NCBI GenBank assembly: GCA_030390025.1
Contig: JASTWF010000364.1
Location: forward strand, 372,001 to 436,000
Direction of reading: 5' to 3'
DNA: 64,000 nucleotides
From: Squalus acanthias
Lineage: Eukaryota
Program-made: the position numbers and the translations under genes
Notes under the pieces: model-generated
Seen by the model: only the letters and a program-made list of their open reading frames with translations
Database searches by the model: none
What the model was told of the DNA's origin: nothing
In this document: positions 22,586 to 39,037 of the stretch, piece by piece
Position numbering within the stretch: position 1 is the stretch's first letter
Layout of the letters: every line of letters begins with the position of its first letter

Positions 22586-22941
22586 ATATCAGCCATCACC
22601 TGGACTTGTAGCGAAATCGGCTTGAAGGCCTTGCTCACCGTGCAACGCATTATCAAATTGGAAGAAGTTTGCGTGACAGTAGAGCGAGATGTAAACGCTG
22701 ATTAAATAATGTTTAGTGTAGGACTTAAAATATCTACAGCCCAACAAGGGGGTGGGGGAAGTGGCTAGGAAATATTTAAATCAGATGGTGCTGCTGTTGA
22801 TCTGAGGAGAGGGACGATACCTGAGCCATAGGATTTTGAGCGCTCTGGGTCCACGATGGGGTACAGCTTTAAGATATTGCATAAAATGTCACAATGACCA
22901 AGGCCAGGCAGGATAGTCTTAAGAAACCTTTAAAGGCAATT

Positions 22942-23344
22942 GGGGTACGGTCACATAGTGGTTATGTTACTGGACTAATGATCCAGAGACGTGAGTTCAA
23001 ATCCCACCACGGCAGCTGGGGAATTTAAATTGTGAATTAAATAAATCTGGAATAAAAAGTTAGTATCAGTAATGGTGACCATGAAACTATCGGATTGACA
23101 TAAAATCCCAACAGGTTAACTAATATCCTTTAAGGGAAGGAAATCTGCCGTCCTTACCCGGTCTGGCCTATATGTGACTCCAGCAATGTGGTTAACTCTT
23201 AACTGCCCTCTGAAATTGCCTAACAAGCCATTCCCTTGTATAAGGCGGCTCACCATCACCTTCTCAGGGGCAATTAGAGATGGGCAATAAATGCTGGCCT
23301 TGCCAGCGATGCCCACACCCCGTGAATGAATAAAAAAAAAAAAA
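22942..23344 (+). mobile_element. tRNA-derived SINE with poly(A) tail
   Basis: A-box-like GGTCACATAGTGG, B box GAGTTCAAATCCC, ends GAATGAATAAAAAAAAAAAA. Confidence 0.8.
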
Positions 23345-23659
23345 TGAAGGTCAAATCAGAATGATCCCCAGGCTGGAAGGATAAAAGACAGGGAAATAGT
23401 TTGGTTGGGAGGAGGTTGGAGAGGAAGGAGTTAAGCGTGAGAATGTGTCAGGGATTGCAGCACAGAGAAAGGCCAAGACCCACCGCCATGGAGGAGATGC
23501 CGAGAGCATTCAGGACAGGACCAGACTGACCAAGATTCTGGAACTGCAGCCAGAAACGAATCGGATCACGATGGATGAAAGTGGGCCAAGATACAGCCTT
23601 TGATGGAGACTGGTGTCGGGGGGATCCAGGGCAACAAACCCACAGCCTATCCGGACTAG

Positions 23660-26140
<2,481 letters not shown>

Positions 26141-26329
26141 GTCGTGGGGCTCTCTAGGGCTGGGGCCAGCAGGCCCAGCTTTGTACATTTTCCGTTCTTT
26201 AAGGTTACGTTTGCGGGTGTTTTGTTTTGTGAACCTTTGTATCTGTGGAGGAAATACACCCTCACAGGGTGGAATTGTTTGGTTGTTTGTTTTGCAGGGT
26301 TTTTCCCCCCCCAAAGGGAAGGAAGAAAG

Positions 26330-29300
26330 ATGAACATGTTCAGTGACAGAGACTTGTGGGAATCTTCAGGCTGTGCAGCTTGGAGAGAGGGGACACAGAG
26401 GAATCCCTCCTGTACAGGTGCACAGGAGGGAAAGGACCCACCGTGGCGCAAGGGGGTAGGAATGGGGTTACTGATGGTGTGGCGGACTATTCCCACGAGG
26501 GAAAATGGCCGGGGTCCAACTCAACCCGGTTCGCCAGCAGCGAGGGGGCTCACCTATGGGGAGACGTCCCTACCTGGCATAATCTGGCATAAAAGGAAAT
26601 CTAAAAAGGTGACTCAACCGTGGATAACAGGGGAAATTAGAGACAGCATAAAATCCAAAGATAGGGCGTATAAAATAGCCAAAAAAAGCGCCAGAGCGGA
26701 AGATTGGGAACAGTTTAAGATAGAGCAAAGGAGGACAAAGGGCTTAATCAAGAGGGGCAAAATAGCTTACGAAAGCAAGTTGGCGGAAAATATAAAAACT
26801 AACTCCAAAAGCTTTTATAAGTATATCAAGAGGAAAAGACTGGTGAAAACCAAAGTTGGTCCATTGCAGTCAGATACGGGGGAATATATAACGGGAAATA
26901 AGGAAATGGCAGACCAACTAAATGCATACTTTGGGTCAGTCTTTACGAAGGAAGACACAAAAAACCTCCCTGGGATATCGGGAAAAATAGGGACATTGGC
27001 AAAGGAGGAACTGACGCAAATCAATATCTCTAAGGATATGGTGTTAAGGAAGCTAAAGGGATTGAAGGCAGACAAATCCCCAGGGCCTGATAACATGCAT
27101 CCTAGGGTACTGAAGGAGGTGGCCCTAGAGATAGCGGATGCACTAAGTATGATTTTTCAGAATTCATTAGACTCGGGAACAGTGCCCATGGATTGGAGGG
27201 TAGCTAACGTTACCCCACTATTCAAAAAGGGGGGTAGGGAAAAAGCAGGTAATTACAGACCTGTAAGCCTTACATCAGTTGTGGGCAAAATGCTGGAGTC
27301 CATCATTAAGGATGAAATAGCGGAGCACTTAGCAAATGGGGACAGGATAGGACAGAGTCAACATGGATTTACAAAGGGTAAATCGTGCTTGACTAATCTA
27401 TTGGAATTTTTTGAGGGAGTAACTGGTAAAATAGATGGGGGAGAGCCAGTAGATGTGGTGTACCTGGACTTCCAAAAGGCCTTCGATAAGGTCCCACATA
27501 AAAGATTAGCATGGAAAATTGAAGCTCATGGGATAAGGGGAAAGTATTGACGTGGATAGAGAACTGGCTGTCAGATAGAAAACAGAGAGTTGGAATAAAC
27601 GGCTCATTTTCTGAATGGCAGGCAGTAACAAGTGGGGTACCACAGGGATCTGTCCTGGGTCCCCAGCTGTTCACAATTTACATTAATGACCTGGATCAGG
27701 GAGTCGGATGCAGCATTTCCAAATTTGCAGACGACACTAAACTAGGAGTGGGGGTGGGCTCAGAGGAGGAGACCAGGAAGCTCCAGAGCGATTTGGACAG
27801 ACTGGGTGATTGGGCGGATAAATGGCAGATGCACTATAATGTGGACAAGTGCGAAGTTATCCACCTTGGGTGCAGGAACGGGAGGGCAAATTATTATTTA
27901 AATGGCAATAAATTGGGAGAGGGGGAAGTACAGAGAGACCTGGGTGTTCTTGTACACCAGTCACTGAAGGCGAGCATGCAGGTGCAACAGGCGGTCAAGA
28001 AGGCAAACGGTATGCTGGCCTTCATAGCAAAAGGGTTGGAATACAGGAACAGGGATACCTTGCTGCAGCTGTACAGGGCACTGGTGAGACCACACCTCGA
28101 GTACTGTGTACAGTTTTGGTCGCCTCATCTGAGGAAAGATGTTCTTGCCATGGAGGGGGTGCAGCGGCGATTCACCAGGCTGATACCAGGAATGGCGGGA
28201 TTGACCTATGAGGAGAGACTATGTAGTTTAGGGATGTACACACTGGAGTTTAGAAGATTGAGAGGGGACCTCAAAGAAGTGTATAAAATTCTGACAGGTC
28301 TAGACAGACTAGATGCAGAAGGAATGTTTCCCTTGGCGGGTGAGAACAGAACTAGAGGACATAATTTAAGTATAAGGGCTAAACCATTTAGGACAGAAAT
28401 GAGGGGGAATTTCTTCACTCAGAGGGTGGTGAACCTGTGGAACTCATTGCCACAGAGGGCAGTGTACGCCAGCTCATTAAATATATTTAAGAGGGAATTA
28501 GATATATTTCTACAGGCAAAAGGGGTTAAGGGTTACGGAGAGAAGGCAGGGACGGGATACTGAATTGGAGGATCAGCCATGATCTCATTAAATGGCGGAG
28601 CAGGCTCGAAGGGCCGGATGGCCTACTCCTGCTCCTATCTCCTATCTCCTACCGTGCCTTGAGCTGCAAGTTACGGCCACACAGGTGAGGGTACGGAGGG
28701 AGGTGTTGTAGTGTGCTGGCACAAGTGGTGGAGAGAGGAGGAAGGCCTCTATGTATGTATGTGGGGTTCAGAAAGAATCTGCCCGACCAGCGTGTCAATC
28801 GCGTTCGAGGCGATGGCAGGATTCTGGGGCTGGAATGAGCTGGGAACGGAGTATCGACTCCTGTGTCATCCCAGACCCCCCCCAATACTATAAACGCCAC
28901 TGAGCTGCTAGCGCGTGAGGTAAAGCCTCCTCCCACAGCCGTCCCAGTGCCGGAGACGGAAGATAGATGCCCCACCACAAACCCTGGGCCTAGAAATGGT
29001 TCAGTATTAGTCCCCACCGGTACGGTCTTATACCACGATGTACACTACTCGGTCGCTTCAGTGATTTTAAACCTGACCCAGGTACAAATGCCACGGTGGT
29101 GTCCAGCGAAAACAGAGCGGTTGTATGAAGTATTGCTCAAGGAAATGTTTAAAAAGTTTGATGAATTGAGTTACGGTGGTGTGGATCGGGATGGTTTATA
29201 CGATGTACATCGCGGGGGTTCGGGGAGGTATCAGAGAGGGCTGGTGAATGATGCGGCAACGGCCTTCCGCACTGGCACGTCCATTATTAACAGTATGGAC

Positions 29301-29685
29301 GATGCTCAGTTGCAAATGCAGGTAAATACCTTAAGGGACCGACTGCGAAAGATACTGGGAGACGGTAACCCCAGAGGGGTCGGAGTTGCGGGAAGACCAG
29401 GCCACGACCATTCACCTGAAGGAGGTCATAGCAGAGCTGGAGGCCCACGCTCGGACTATCAACAGTCTGATTGGTGAAGATCGAAACGCCTCAGCTCAGG
29501 CGGCACGAAATGATGCGAGTGTGTTGTACGGTGCTCGGTTGCTGACTGAAGGACGCAGTCATTTGGAGGACCTTCAGCAAGGCCGCATTCCTTCATGGGT
29601 CAGCAACAGGCACCTCACCGCGCTCAGCCCATACAAGGGGTCGATGAGCCCGTGCCAACTCCGACAGGCCTCAGAGGCGTACCCA
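26330..29685 (+). pseudogene. env: env of element B (homolog of env A), split by CR1, frameshifted and 3'-truncated
   Basis: YSHEGKWPGSNSTRFASS matches YFHKGRWPGWLGTNSTEYSS. CWHKWWREEEGLYVCMWGS matches CWDKWWEPDEGIYVCMWGS. RYQR|GLVNDAATAF matches RQRR|GLVNDAFTAF. Confidence 0.9.
26590..28648 (+). mobile_element. 5'-truncated, well-preserved CR1 LINE (RT domain, one frameshift near 27547) inserted in env B
   Basis: [33 protein letters not shown] motifs and a (CCTATCT)n tail. Confidence 0.95.
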
Positions 29686-30106
29686 AGTCAGGATAGTGTG
29701 AGACTTGGAGGGGAACTGGGAGGGGAACTGGGAGGTGATGCTGTTCCCATGCACCTGCTGCCCTTGTCCTTCTAGGTGGTGGAGGTCGCGTGTTTGGGAG
29801 GTTCTGTCAAAGTTCGAGTCAAGTTGCAGATGTATAAAGTCGCTCTCCTTCACCCCTCCCCCTCCCACCTCGCTCCCTCTCCTCCCAGAGTCTTGTGTAG
29901 GCCCAGACCGGGTGGCGGGTTCCGTTCCCTGAAGGACATTAGTGAACCAGTTGGGTTTTTACGACAATCCGGCAGCTTTCATGGTCACTTTTTTCTGGTG
30001 CTGGCCCCACAAATTCCCAGATTCATTCAGCTCAATTTCACAACCTGTCTGAATTTTGTGGGTTCTCTCTCACCCTCCTTTTTCCTGTTTCAAATTCATT
30101 TTACAG

Positions 30107-30622
30107 GGTGTTAGAAGGGGAAGATTTGCAGACAGGAAACTCAAACCAAACATCACTTCAAGATCTGACAGTCACTCGATTCATCAGGACCTTGGAACAT
30201 GGAAGCAGAAAGCACCGTTCAGAGCGGGGAGAAACCGTACACGTGTTGTGTGTGTGGACGAGGCTTCAGCCGATCATCTTGCCTGTCGAGACACAAGCAC
30301 AGTCACACCGGGGAGAGGCCATTCACCTGCTCCGAGTGTGGGAAGGGATTCGCTCAATCATCCAACCTGCTGACACACCAGCGAGTTCACACAGGGGAGA
30401 GACCTTTTAAATGCCCGGTCTGTGGAAAGTGTTATAAAAGTCCCGGGGAACTGATGTGTCTATGATACATGGTGTACCCCAGGACAGCGCACACATGCAC
30501 AGTGGAAGGGGTATGGGACGTGGAGGAGGGACTCAGGGCCGGGACATCTGCGTGGATGGTTCCATTACCGTGTCCAACAGGGAGCGGCTCACAGGTTGCG
30601 GGATTTATGACCCGACTGCTCA
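30107..30622 (+). pseudogene. Second copy of the zinc-finger/pol chimera (fingers in frame; pol stub truncated by CR1)
   Basis: [63 protein letters not shown], with the same ZF-pol junction as at 24163. Confidence 0.85.
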
Positions 30623-32573
30623 GTTTGTTGTTTGATACGGTTCTGTTAAAGGAGTATGAGCAGCTAGGGGTCAAATTAAAAAACAGAACCTCAAGGGTAA
30701 TAATCTCTGGATTATTACCTGAGCCACGAGCGAATTTGGCTAGGACAAATAAAATTAGAGAGTTAAATGAGTGGCTCAAAGACTGGTGTGGGAGAAATGG
30801 ATTTTGCTTCCTGGGACACTGGCACCAGTATTGGGGCAGGAGGGAGCTGTTCCGTTGGGACGGGCTTCACTTGGCCAGTGCTGGGACTAGAGTCCTAGCG
30901 GATCATATAACTAGGGCTGTAGAGAGGGCTTTAAACTAACTAGTGGGGGGGGGGGTTCCTAGAGAGCAAATAATAAAAACAGAGAAGGTCATAGACTTAG
31001 GTAGCAGTGGGGAAATTAAAAACCAGAGTGTGTCAGGAAGGGGCAGAAGGTATGGAGTAAAAGGTAAAGTAATAAAAAGGGCAAAAGCAGGAACCAAGTG
31101 TCACAAAACATATTTGAAAGTTCTCTATCTGAATGCACGTAGCATTCGAAACAAAATAGACGAGTTAATGGCACAAATAACTACATCTGGGTATGATCTT
31201 GTGGCCATTACAGAAACATGGCTGCAGGGTGACAATGCCTGGGAATTAAACATACCAGGTTATTTAACGATCAGGAAGGAAGGGGAGGTGGGGTGGCTAT
31301 GTTAATAAAGGAAGGAATCACTAATACAGAGAAATTATATTGGGTCAAAAGATCAGGATAATGAACCAGTTTGGGTGGAGATAAGGAATACTAAGGGGAA
31401 AAAAACTAGTGGGCGTAGTCTATAGGCCTCCGAACAGTTGCAACTCTGTTGGACGGAGTATCAATCAGGAAATAGTTGAGGCTTGTAATAAGGGAATATC
31501 TATAATTATGGGGGATTTTAACTATCATATTAATTGGACAAATCAAATTGGGCAGGGCTGCCTTGAGGATGAGTTAATTGAGTGTATTAGGGATGGGTTT
31601 CTTGAGCAGTATGTAACTGAACCGACCAGGGGGCAAGCAACCTTAGATCTGGTCCTGTGTAACGAGACAGGATTAATTAAAAATGTCCTAGTAAAGGATC
31701 CCCTTGGAATGAGTGACCATAACATGGATGAATTCCATATTCAATTAGAGGGTGAGAAGGTTGGATCTCAAACAAGCGTGCTAAGCTTGAATAAAGGAGA
31801 CTATGAAGGTATGTGAGCGGTATTGAGTAGAGTGGATTGGGAAAATAGATTAAAGGGTAAGACGATACATGATCAGTGGTGTACATTTATGGAGTTATTT
31901 TACAACTTCCAAAAAAATATATATTCCGAGAAGAAAAGGGTGTAAAAGAAAAGACAGTCATCCGTGGCTAAGTAAAGAAATTAAGGATAGTAGGGGGTAA
32001 AAATTCAGTTGGTTGCGCCTCCCGTTAGCGCCTTAAGAGGGCGCTAATGGGGCGCAAAGCCGCTAACGCCCGGGCGCAGCGATGTTTGCGCCGCTCGAGA
32101 ACTTAGAGATTGTGCGGCGGTGCTAAAACTTACCGCTGCGACCACCTGCGCGCGCAGATTATGACGTCATTCCATGGTGCAACGCCCTTGTGGCGCCCCG
32201 GAGCGGAAATTGAGTGGCGCCCCCTGCCTTACCGCCTGGCGCTTCCAACGACCGGAAGACTGGAACGCTATCAATCGCTGAGGGGCTGGGGGGGGGCGCT
32301 ATTTAAAGGGGGCCTCTTCCTGTCTTTTTCTGTGGTCGACATTTATGCACCACTCGTTCAGAGAGAGAGAGAGATTCAGAGAGAGAGAGATTCAGAGAGA
32401 GAGAGATTCAGAGATTGAGATTGAGATTCAGAGAGAGAGAGAGATTCAGAGATTGAGATTGAGAGAGAGACTTCTACATTGACTCAACGCTTTGTGAGGT
32501 AGTTTTGCCTATTGATCCTAACTTTGTTGCTACTTTAGTTGCTGTCCCTCATTACTTTGCTTGCAAAGAGAAT

Positions 32574-33730
32574 ATGGGGGCTGCACTGATTGGGGGCGTC
32601 GTCCTGCTCCAGCTGAATCGGAGGATAGAGACGCAGAGAGAGAGTGGCAATCATGGCCAGACGGAGGAGGGCCATCAGGCGCATGTACAGGAGAGCTTAC
32701 CCTCCCAGGGTATATCGTGAACAGCTCTCCTACATCCATATGTCCGAGGAGCTGTGTTTGCGAAGGCTGCGATTCAGCAAGGAGGTGGTCACTGAGCTCT
32801 GCCACCTGCTGCAGCCAGATCTGCAGCCTCAACTGAGGTCCAGGACGTCTCTGTCGGTGGCAGTGAAGGTCACAGTGGCTTTGAACTTCTACGCCACTGG
32901 CTCATTCCAAGCTGCTGTTGGGGACCTCGCCAATATCTCCCAGTTCGCGGTGCATTGCTGCATCCGGCAGGTCACAAATGCCCTCTTCAGAAGGAGACGA
33001 GAGTTCATCTCTTTCCCTATGACCCCAGACAAGCAGCGTGACCGCGCTCTGGGCTTTGCGAGGGTAGCGGGCTTCCCCATGGTGCAGGGCGCCATTGACT
33101 GCACGCATGTGGCTTTGCGTGCTCCGCGTGAGAATGCAGAGGAATTCAGGAACAGAAAGGGGTTCCATTCCTTGAATGTCCAGTTGGTCTGTGACAACAG
33201 ACAGCTGATACTCGCCGTCAATGCCCACTATCCTGGCAGCTGCCACGATGCTTTTATCCTGCGCCAGACTACTGTGGCAGAACTTTGAGGCACCGCATCA
33301 GCCAGTTGGTTGGCTTCTCGGGGACAAGGGGTACGCATTGAGCACCTGGCTGATGACACCGCTCCGTACGCCAAACACCCTTGCTGAGCTGCGGTACAAT
33401 GAAAGCCATCAAGCAACCAGGAACATTATTGAGCACACAATCGGCGTGCTGAAACAACGGTTCCGCTGTCTGGACCATTCCGGAGGAGCCCTGCAGTACT
33501 CGCCTGAGCAAGTATCGAACTTCGTAGTCGTGTGCTGCATGTTGCATAACATGGCAATCCTCAGGACCCAGCCAATGCCACCAGGCCTTGGAGCACCACC
33601 AGAGGAGGAGGAGGAAGAGGAGGAAGAGGACGAGGACGATGATCATCAGCAGCACCAAGGCGGGAGGGCGGCCCACAATGGTCAAACTGCAAGGGCCGTC
33701 CGTCAACGGCTAATAGCAAGCCGCTTCTAG
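32574..33730 (+). pseudogene. Harbinger DDE transposase (HARBI1-like), two frameshifts
   Basis: ATG at 32574 (MGAALIGGVVLL); [54 protein letters not shown]. Confidence 0.92.
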
Positions 33731-33984
33731 GGCCCCTGCCATTGCTACCAACATTAATCAACCCAGCACGCAACCCCTAAGCCGGCCAAGGCACCAATAA
33801 TTCCAACCACCAGCCATGTATATTTTGAATACAGAAACTTATTTATTTTACAAACTGTGTGTCAATTCCTCATGACAAACTCATAGAAATAAACACAAAA
33901 AAAAGTCAACAACATAACTGGTTCTCACAACCTGGAGATAATGTCCAAAACACTAAACAAAAGTTGGACCATGAACCTCTGCCT

Positions 33985-35887
33985 TTAATAAAAAAATGAC
34001 CAGCATTTTGTCACACCTCCTACTTTTTGCCCTTCGAGGGTGATCTCCTTCTCCCTTGCGCACTTCCCCCCTTCTAACCCTACTGCTCCTCCGTAATGGG
34101 ACCTCAGTGGCTGCAGCAAGGCTGGTGGAAGGCTGCTGCTCGTCAGACCCTGACACTGCAGATGCCCCTGACCACTTCTGGGCCTGGAGGGCCAGGCTGC
34201 AGACTGCACCAACTCTGCATGGGCGGCAGCAGTCTGTCCTACAGGCGGTGGCAAGTGCAGTGGAGAAGTGACAGTGTTGGCAGCAGGAATGCTGTCATCG
34301 TGAGAGAGGACAGCAACTCCCTGCTCGCCCGACACACTGGCACTCCCACGGGGCAGCACTTCAGCATCCGGAGCAATCTGCCGGAGAACAGATTGCTGGC
34401 CTGCTGCGGCGTGGTGACAGCCCCGGGGACATGTGCACGAACCATCGAGGATGGCAGCAGTCAGTGCTCGCGTGGCCTCAATCTGAGTCTGTATGAGAGC
34501 AGTCAGAGATGGGATCACGGCAGCCAGTGACTGAATTGCAGCACTAAGCATTAGTGTGGCATCCGCTTGTGCTACAGCGAAGTGCTCCACACTCCTTGCC
34601 AGTGACTCAATGCATTCGGGCACCCTTCCCACTGCACCCATGAGCTCAGTGTGCATGCCCACCGCCTGGGTGTTCATTTCTGCGATCAGCCGCTCCTCCT
34701 CTGCGTCCATTGCAGTAGGAGTGTCTGGCATACTCTCCCTCTGGGGAAAAGGCCCCCATTCTTCCCTACCCCCCCCCCATGGCGTTGCTGCAGCCCGCTG
34801 GGTCCTGGAGCTTCACCCTCATCAGCCCCTTCCCCCCTGCTCCCCTCCGGGGAAGGCGTGTTCCCAGTGTGGGCATGGGCTTCCTCGGGAGAGGGTGGCA
34901 CTGATGCTCCGGCTTCCTCTTCCTCCTCGGCTGCAGCATCACTCCCAGTGGCAGCTTCAGGGCCCGTCTCCTCAGCTGGTGAATCACCATCTGAAAGCAG
35001 GGAGGTACAAGAGTGGCTTTAGCGTGAGGACAGGGTGGCAGTAAGGGAGGAATAAGTGCAGCGAGTTAGCAAGTTGGATTGAAAGTGTCAAAGGCTGGTG
35101 TTGTGAGGGACAAGTGGAAGGACAGAGGACAAAAAGGTGATGACCTTACCATTGCTGTCCAGAACGGGGTCGGCGTCTCCAGTGGCGACGGGACCGATCA
35201 CCCGGCTTGCCACAATCCTGTGGATGTGCTCCTCAAGATCGCTGTGGGGTTGCAGCTGAGGCCGCCCTCCACCTGTCCGTTGCTGCTGTCTCCTATTATG
35301 AGCCAGCTTGGCCTGCAAGAAAAAGGACAGCATCTGAGTAAATATACAGCCATGGTCTTGCCTGATGTGCCTCCCATAGGTGAATAGCCCTTACTGTATA
35401 CAGCCATGGTGTTGCCTGATGTGCCTCCCATAGGTGAATAGCCCTTACTGTATACAGCCATGGTGTTGCCTGATGTGCCTCCCATAGGTGAATAGCCCTT
35501 ACTGTATGCAAAGTGTGGAATGTGTGTGTGTGTTTGATGAAAGGGCCATAGGTGTTGGATGAGTGTTGTGCATTGGGGTTTTAAGACCCTCTGGCCATAG
35601 AGTGAGGTTGAGATGGAGGGATGGAGAGGTATTGAGAAAAAGCCACTCACCCCGACGACCCGAGTGAGGTCGTTGAACTTTTTGCGGCATTGAGTATGGG
35701 TCCTGGGCACCATGCTCCTGGAGGAGACGCTCTGAGACACCTCCCTCCACACTCTTCTGAACTCGCATGGCAAAGGCCTCCTGCCACTCTCAGGGAAGAG
35801 CATACATAGTCTGCGCTCCACTGCGCCAAGCAGAGCATCCAAGGCCCGCTCGGTGAAGCGATGAGCGCGTTCTCTCACCCTCTCCAT
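33985..35887 (-). pseudogene. Harbinger Myb/SANT-like gene, 3 exons (35887-35651, 35312-35150, 34990-~33985)
   Basis: MERVRERAHRFTERALDALL...W...QCRKKFNDL; canonical GTGAGT and GTAAGG donors and CAG acceptors. Exon 2 reads AKLAHNRRQQQRTGGG. Exon 3 appears frameshifted near the C-run at ~34770. Confidence 0.8.
35343..35507. repeat. 54-bp minisatellite x3 in intron 1 of the Myb gene
   Basis: TATACAGCCATGGTGTTGCCTGATGTGCCTCCCATAGGTGAATAGCCCTTACTG units start at 35343, 35397 and 35451. Confidence 0.95.
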
Positions 35888-37505
35888 GCTTGGCAGCAAA
35901 ATGGATTCACAGGTCTCTCCAGGCTGAGATTCAAGGCTGCAATGAGCAGGGTGTGGCTGGGGAGCAAGTGCCCCCCCCCCCCCGCTTTAAGAAGTGGCCG
36001 GCGCCAGTGTGTCTGTGTTCCCTCGCTAACTGGCAGCAGCTGTGCTGCGCTCACGCGCTGAGTTAGCGCCTCACTCCTTGGCCTTTGCGCCTTAAGACAG
36101 GTGTGCAGCGCCTGCTTTAGCGCTCCACTCACCTCCCGGGGCGGTAAAAGTGAAGTTTCCAGTCAGTGCCGATAATTAGTGCCAGGCGCTAATATTTGCG
36201 TCCAGACGATATTTGCGCCCCAAATGGGGCGCGACCGAATTTCTACCCCTATTTGACTAAAAACAAGGGTTATAAAGGTAGCCAAATCTAGTGGGACGAT
36301 AGAGGATTGGGAAAACTTTAACAGACAGCAAAAAATATCAAAAAGATTGATTAAGAAAGGGAAGATAGATTATGAAAGTAAATTAGCAAAAAATATAAAA
36401 ACAGAGAGTAAGAGTATTTATAGTTATATAAAAAGAAAAAGGATGGCTAAAGTAAATGTTGGTCCCTCAGAGGATGAGACCGGGAAATTAATGGTGGGAA
36501 ATATGGAGATGGCAAATACACTGAATGAATATTTTGTATCAGTCTTTACAGTAGAGGACACTAAGAATATCCCAACACTGGACAAACAGGAAGCTATGGG
36601 GGGTGGGGGGGGGAAGAGGAGCTAAACACGTTCAAAATCACTAAGGAAGTGATACTCGGTAAAATAATGGGACTCAAGGCGGATAAATCACCTGGACCTG
36701 ATGGCTTACATCCTAGGGTCTTGAGGGAAGTGGCGGTTGGGATTGTGGATGTATTGGTAATAATTTTCCAAAACTCCCTGGACTCAGCAAAGATCCCGGC
36801 AGACTGGAAAACTGCTAATGTAACACCCTTATTTAAAAAGGGCAGTAGATAGAAGGCTGGAAACTATAGACCGGTTAGCCTAACATCTGTGGTAGGTAAA
36901 ATTTTGGAGTCCATTATTAAGGAGACAGTAACGGGACATTTGGATAATCATAATTTAATAGGACAAAGTCAGCATGGTTTTATGAAGGGGAAGTCATGTT
37001 TGACAAATTTGCTGGAGTTCTTTGAGGAAGTAACGTACAGGGTGGATAAAGGGGAACTAGTGGATGTGGTGTATTTAGACTTCCAAAAGGCATTTGACAA
37101 GGTGCCACACAAAAGATTATTGCTTAAGATAAAAAAATCACGGGATTGGGGTAATATTCTGGCATGGATAGAGGATTGGCTATCTAACAGAAGGCAGAGA
37201 GTTGGGATAAATGGTTCATTCTCAGACTGGCAATCAGTAACTAGTGGTGTTCCGCAGGGGTCAGTGCTGGGTCCCTAACTCTTTACAATCTATATTAACG
37301 ATTTGGAGGAGGAGGGGACCGAGTGTAACATATCAAAGTTTGCAGATGATACTAAGATGGGAGGGAAAGTAGTGAGTGAGGAGGACATAAAAAATCTGCA
37401 AGGGGACATAGACAGGCTAAGTAAGTGGGCAGAGATTTGGCAGATGGAATACAATACTGGAAAGTGTGAGGTTATGTACTTTGGCAGGAAAAATAGTAGA
37501 GCAAC

Positions 37506-39037
37506 TGTAGAATTCGCAATTATCGCGATTTCATTAATGAGGAGAAAACACAAAGTTTCGTTCAAACAGCTTTTTATTTCAGCAGAATGCTGTCAGGTTT
37601 AAATTGGACACAAGCAGCCTGTAAAATGGCCGCCGCACCGCGTGACAGAACATTCTAGACTTTTCAACAGGCAGACAAGATGGCGTTCCAATAAACATTT
37701 TTGCAAGATCGATAACGATTCAGCACAGTGAAGACAATACACAGGACATTATGGGTTTACAGTATAAACATCGATACTGGAATCGGTCTCCCAGGTACAA
37801 AGGAAAGCCATCAAGGGCCCATCCAAAGGACATTAATATGTAAACTCCCAACGGCTCTACGATGAGAGAGCCGTTAGCAGGTAGTTATACAGGACACTTG
37901 GAAGCCCCAAACCCCTCCAGGGAGAACACCGACCGATTTAACAATGGGAGAAATATTAACAGGTACTCAAACATTCATGAGTAGCCCCGAAACCCATTAA
38001 GGACGGAGATCACCCATACAGGACATTTTGGGCGCCAAACCTTAAACAAAAGAATGGACATTGTAGTTGGGCGGGAAACGGAAGAACTGTGCACTATAAT
38101 TGCAGGCCCAAACCGTCCATTCGCTCTCTTGCTCTTGACTCTTGCCGCTCTTGCTCGCTTGCTGCTGTTATCATCGTGGCTGCTCCTGTGTTTTATCCGG
38201 TCGATTCGTAACCTCGTGGCTGCTCCTGTGTAAAAGACTGTTGCAAGGACCTATGTTGGTAGCTGGCAGCGGAACCAAAGGCCCGAGATGAGATGAGATG
38301 AGATGAGAGGAGAAGAGAAGAAGACCTTATCCATCGCCACGGTCAGTAAATCCCGACCGCGCCTGTAGGTCGATCAGCCAAGTCTTCTTGACAACGGTGC
38401 TCCACCATACCTTGTATCCAACCAACAGAGGTCTTCACTACAGCGGACGGTCCAGCCGACTGACCGAGCAGCAGAAGCAGTAAACAAGTGGGACCAGGAG
38501 ATCTCCTGACCAACACGTGGGTGCTGCGGTGAAAAACATCCGATCAGCTATTCGGGATTTCTCCGAGTTATTACGAGTGGTGAGCATGAGTCTCGAGATC
38601 CTACGAAGCTAGTTTAGGATAGACATTGATAGGGGAGGGTTTAAAGATTAAGGATATTTGTAATGTGTGCCCTATTTACGTTGTGCCGTTCGTTCCTCGT
38701 TTCCCTAAGAGTGATTATAACTGTTTGTAAGATTGTACTGTCATTAATCTGTGCATATGACATGTATTTCATAATTTTAAGTATCATGCAATAAAGATTT
38801 TCCATTTCGTACCGTTCAAACCAAGTCTACATGAGTTTTATCTCCATTACTGCTCTCGCATCTAAGTCCAGTGTCTAGAACCGTAAGGGAGAGTGATTCG
38901 AACCACTCACAGGGGTGTCTAGTGTTCCCAGACTGGCTGGAGACCAGGCCTAGACCCGCACTGACATACAGGCTGCACAGAGCCGCGTGAATCTCACAGG
39001 CTACGAGACACGCAGGGTCAGGAGAGAATCCCTTACA
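37506..39037 (+). mobile_element. Solo LTR-A (1532 bp, internal deletion), TSD CAAC/CAAG
   Basis: CAAC|TGTAGAATTC...CCTTACA|CAAG. The empty site AGTAGAG-CAAG-TTATTATC is present at ~62642-62660. Confidence 0.96.

Larger units (their letters stand above)
31994..36249. mobile_element. Structurally complete PIF/Harbinger transposon (family A), convergent transposase and Myb genes
   Basis: TIRs GGGGTAAAAATTC / GAATTTCTACCCC. Flanked by TAG / TAT (imperfect 3-bp TSD) inside CR1 ORF2. Confidence 0.92.

Noticed and set aside
26144..27550. 468-aa ORF as a novel env-RT fusion protein
   Set aside because: Chance open frame running from ERV intergenic/env sequence (mostly out of env frame) into a 5'-truncated CR1.
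32574..33730. Host HARBI1 gene
   Set aside because: Frameshifted, bounded by TIRs, paired with a Myb gene, nested in a LINE and multi-copy in the window, so it is a transposon.
35343..35507. 54-bp repeats as a CRISPR array or as a coding 18-aa repeat in ORF 35198-35899
   Set aside because: Head-to-tail units with no spacers in a eukaryotic context. They lie between a GT donor (35650) and an AG acceptor (35313), so they are intronic.
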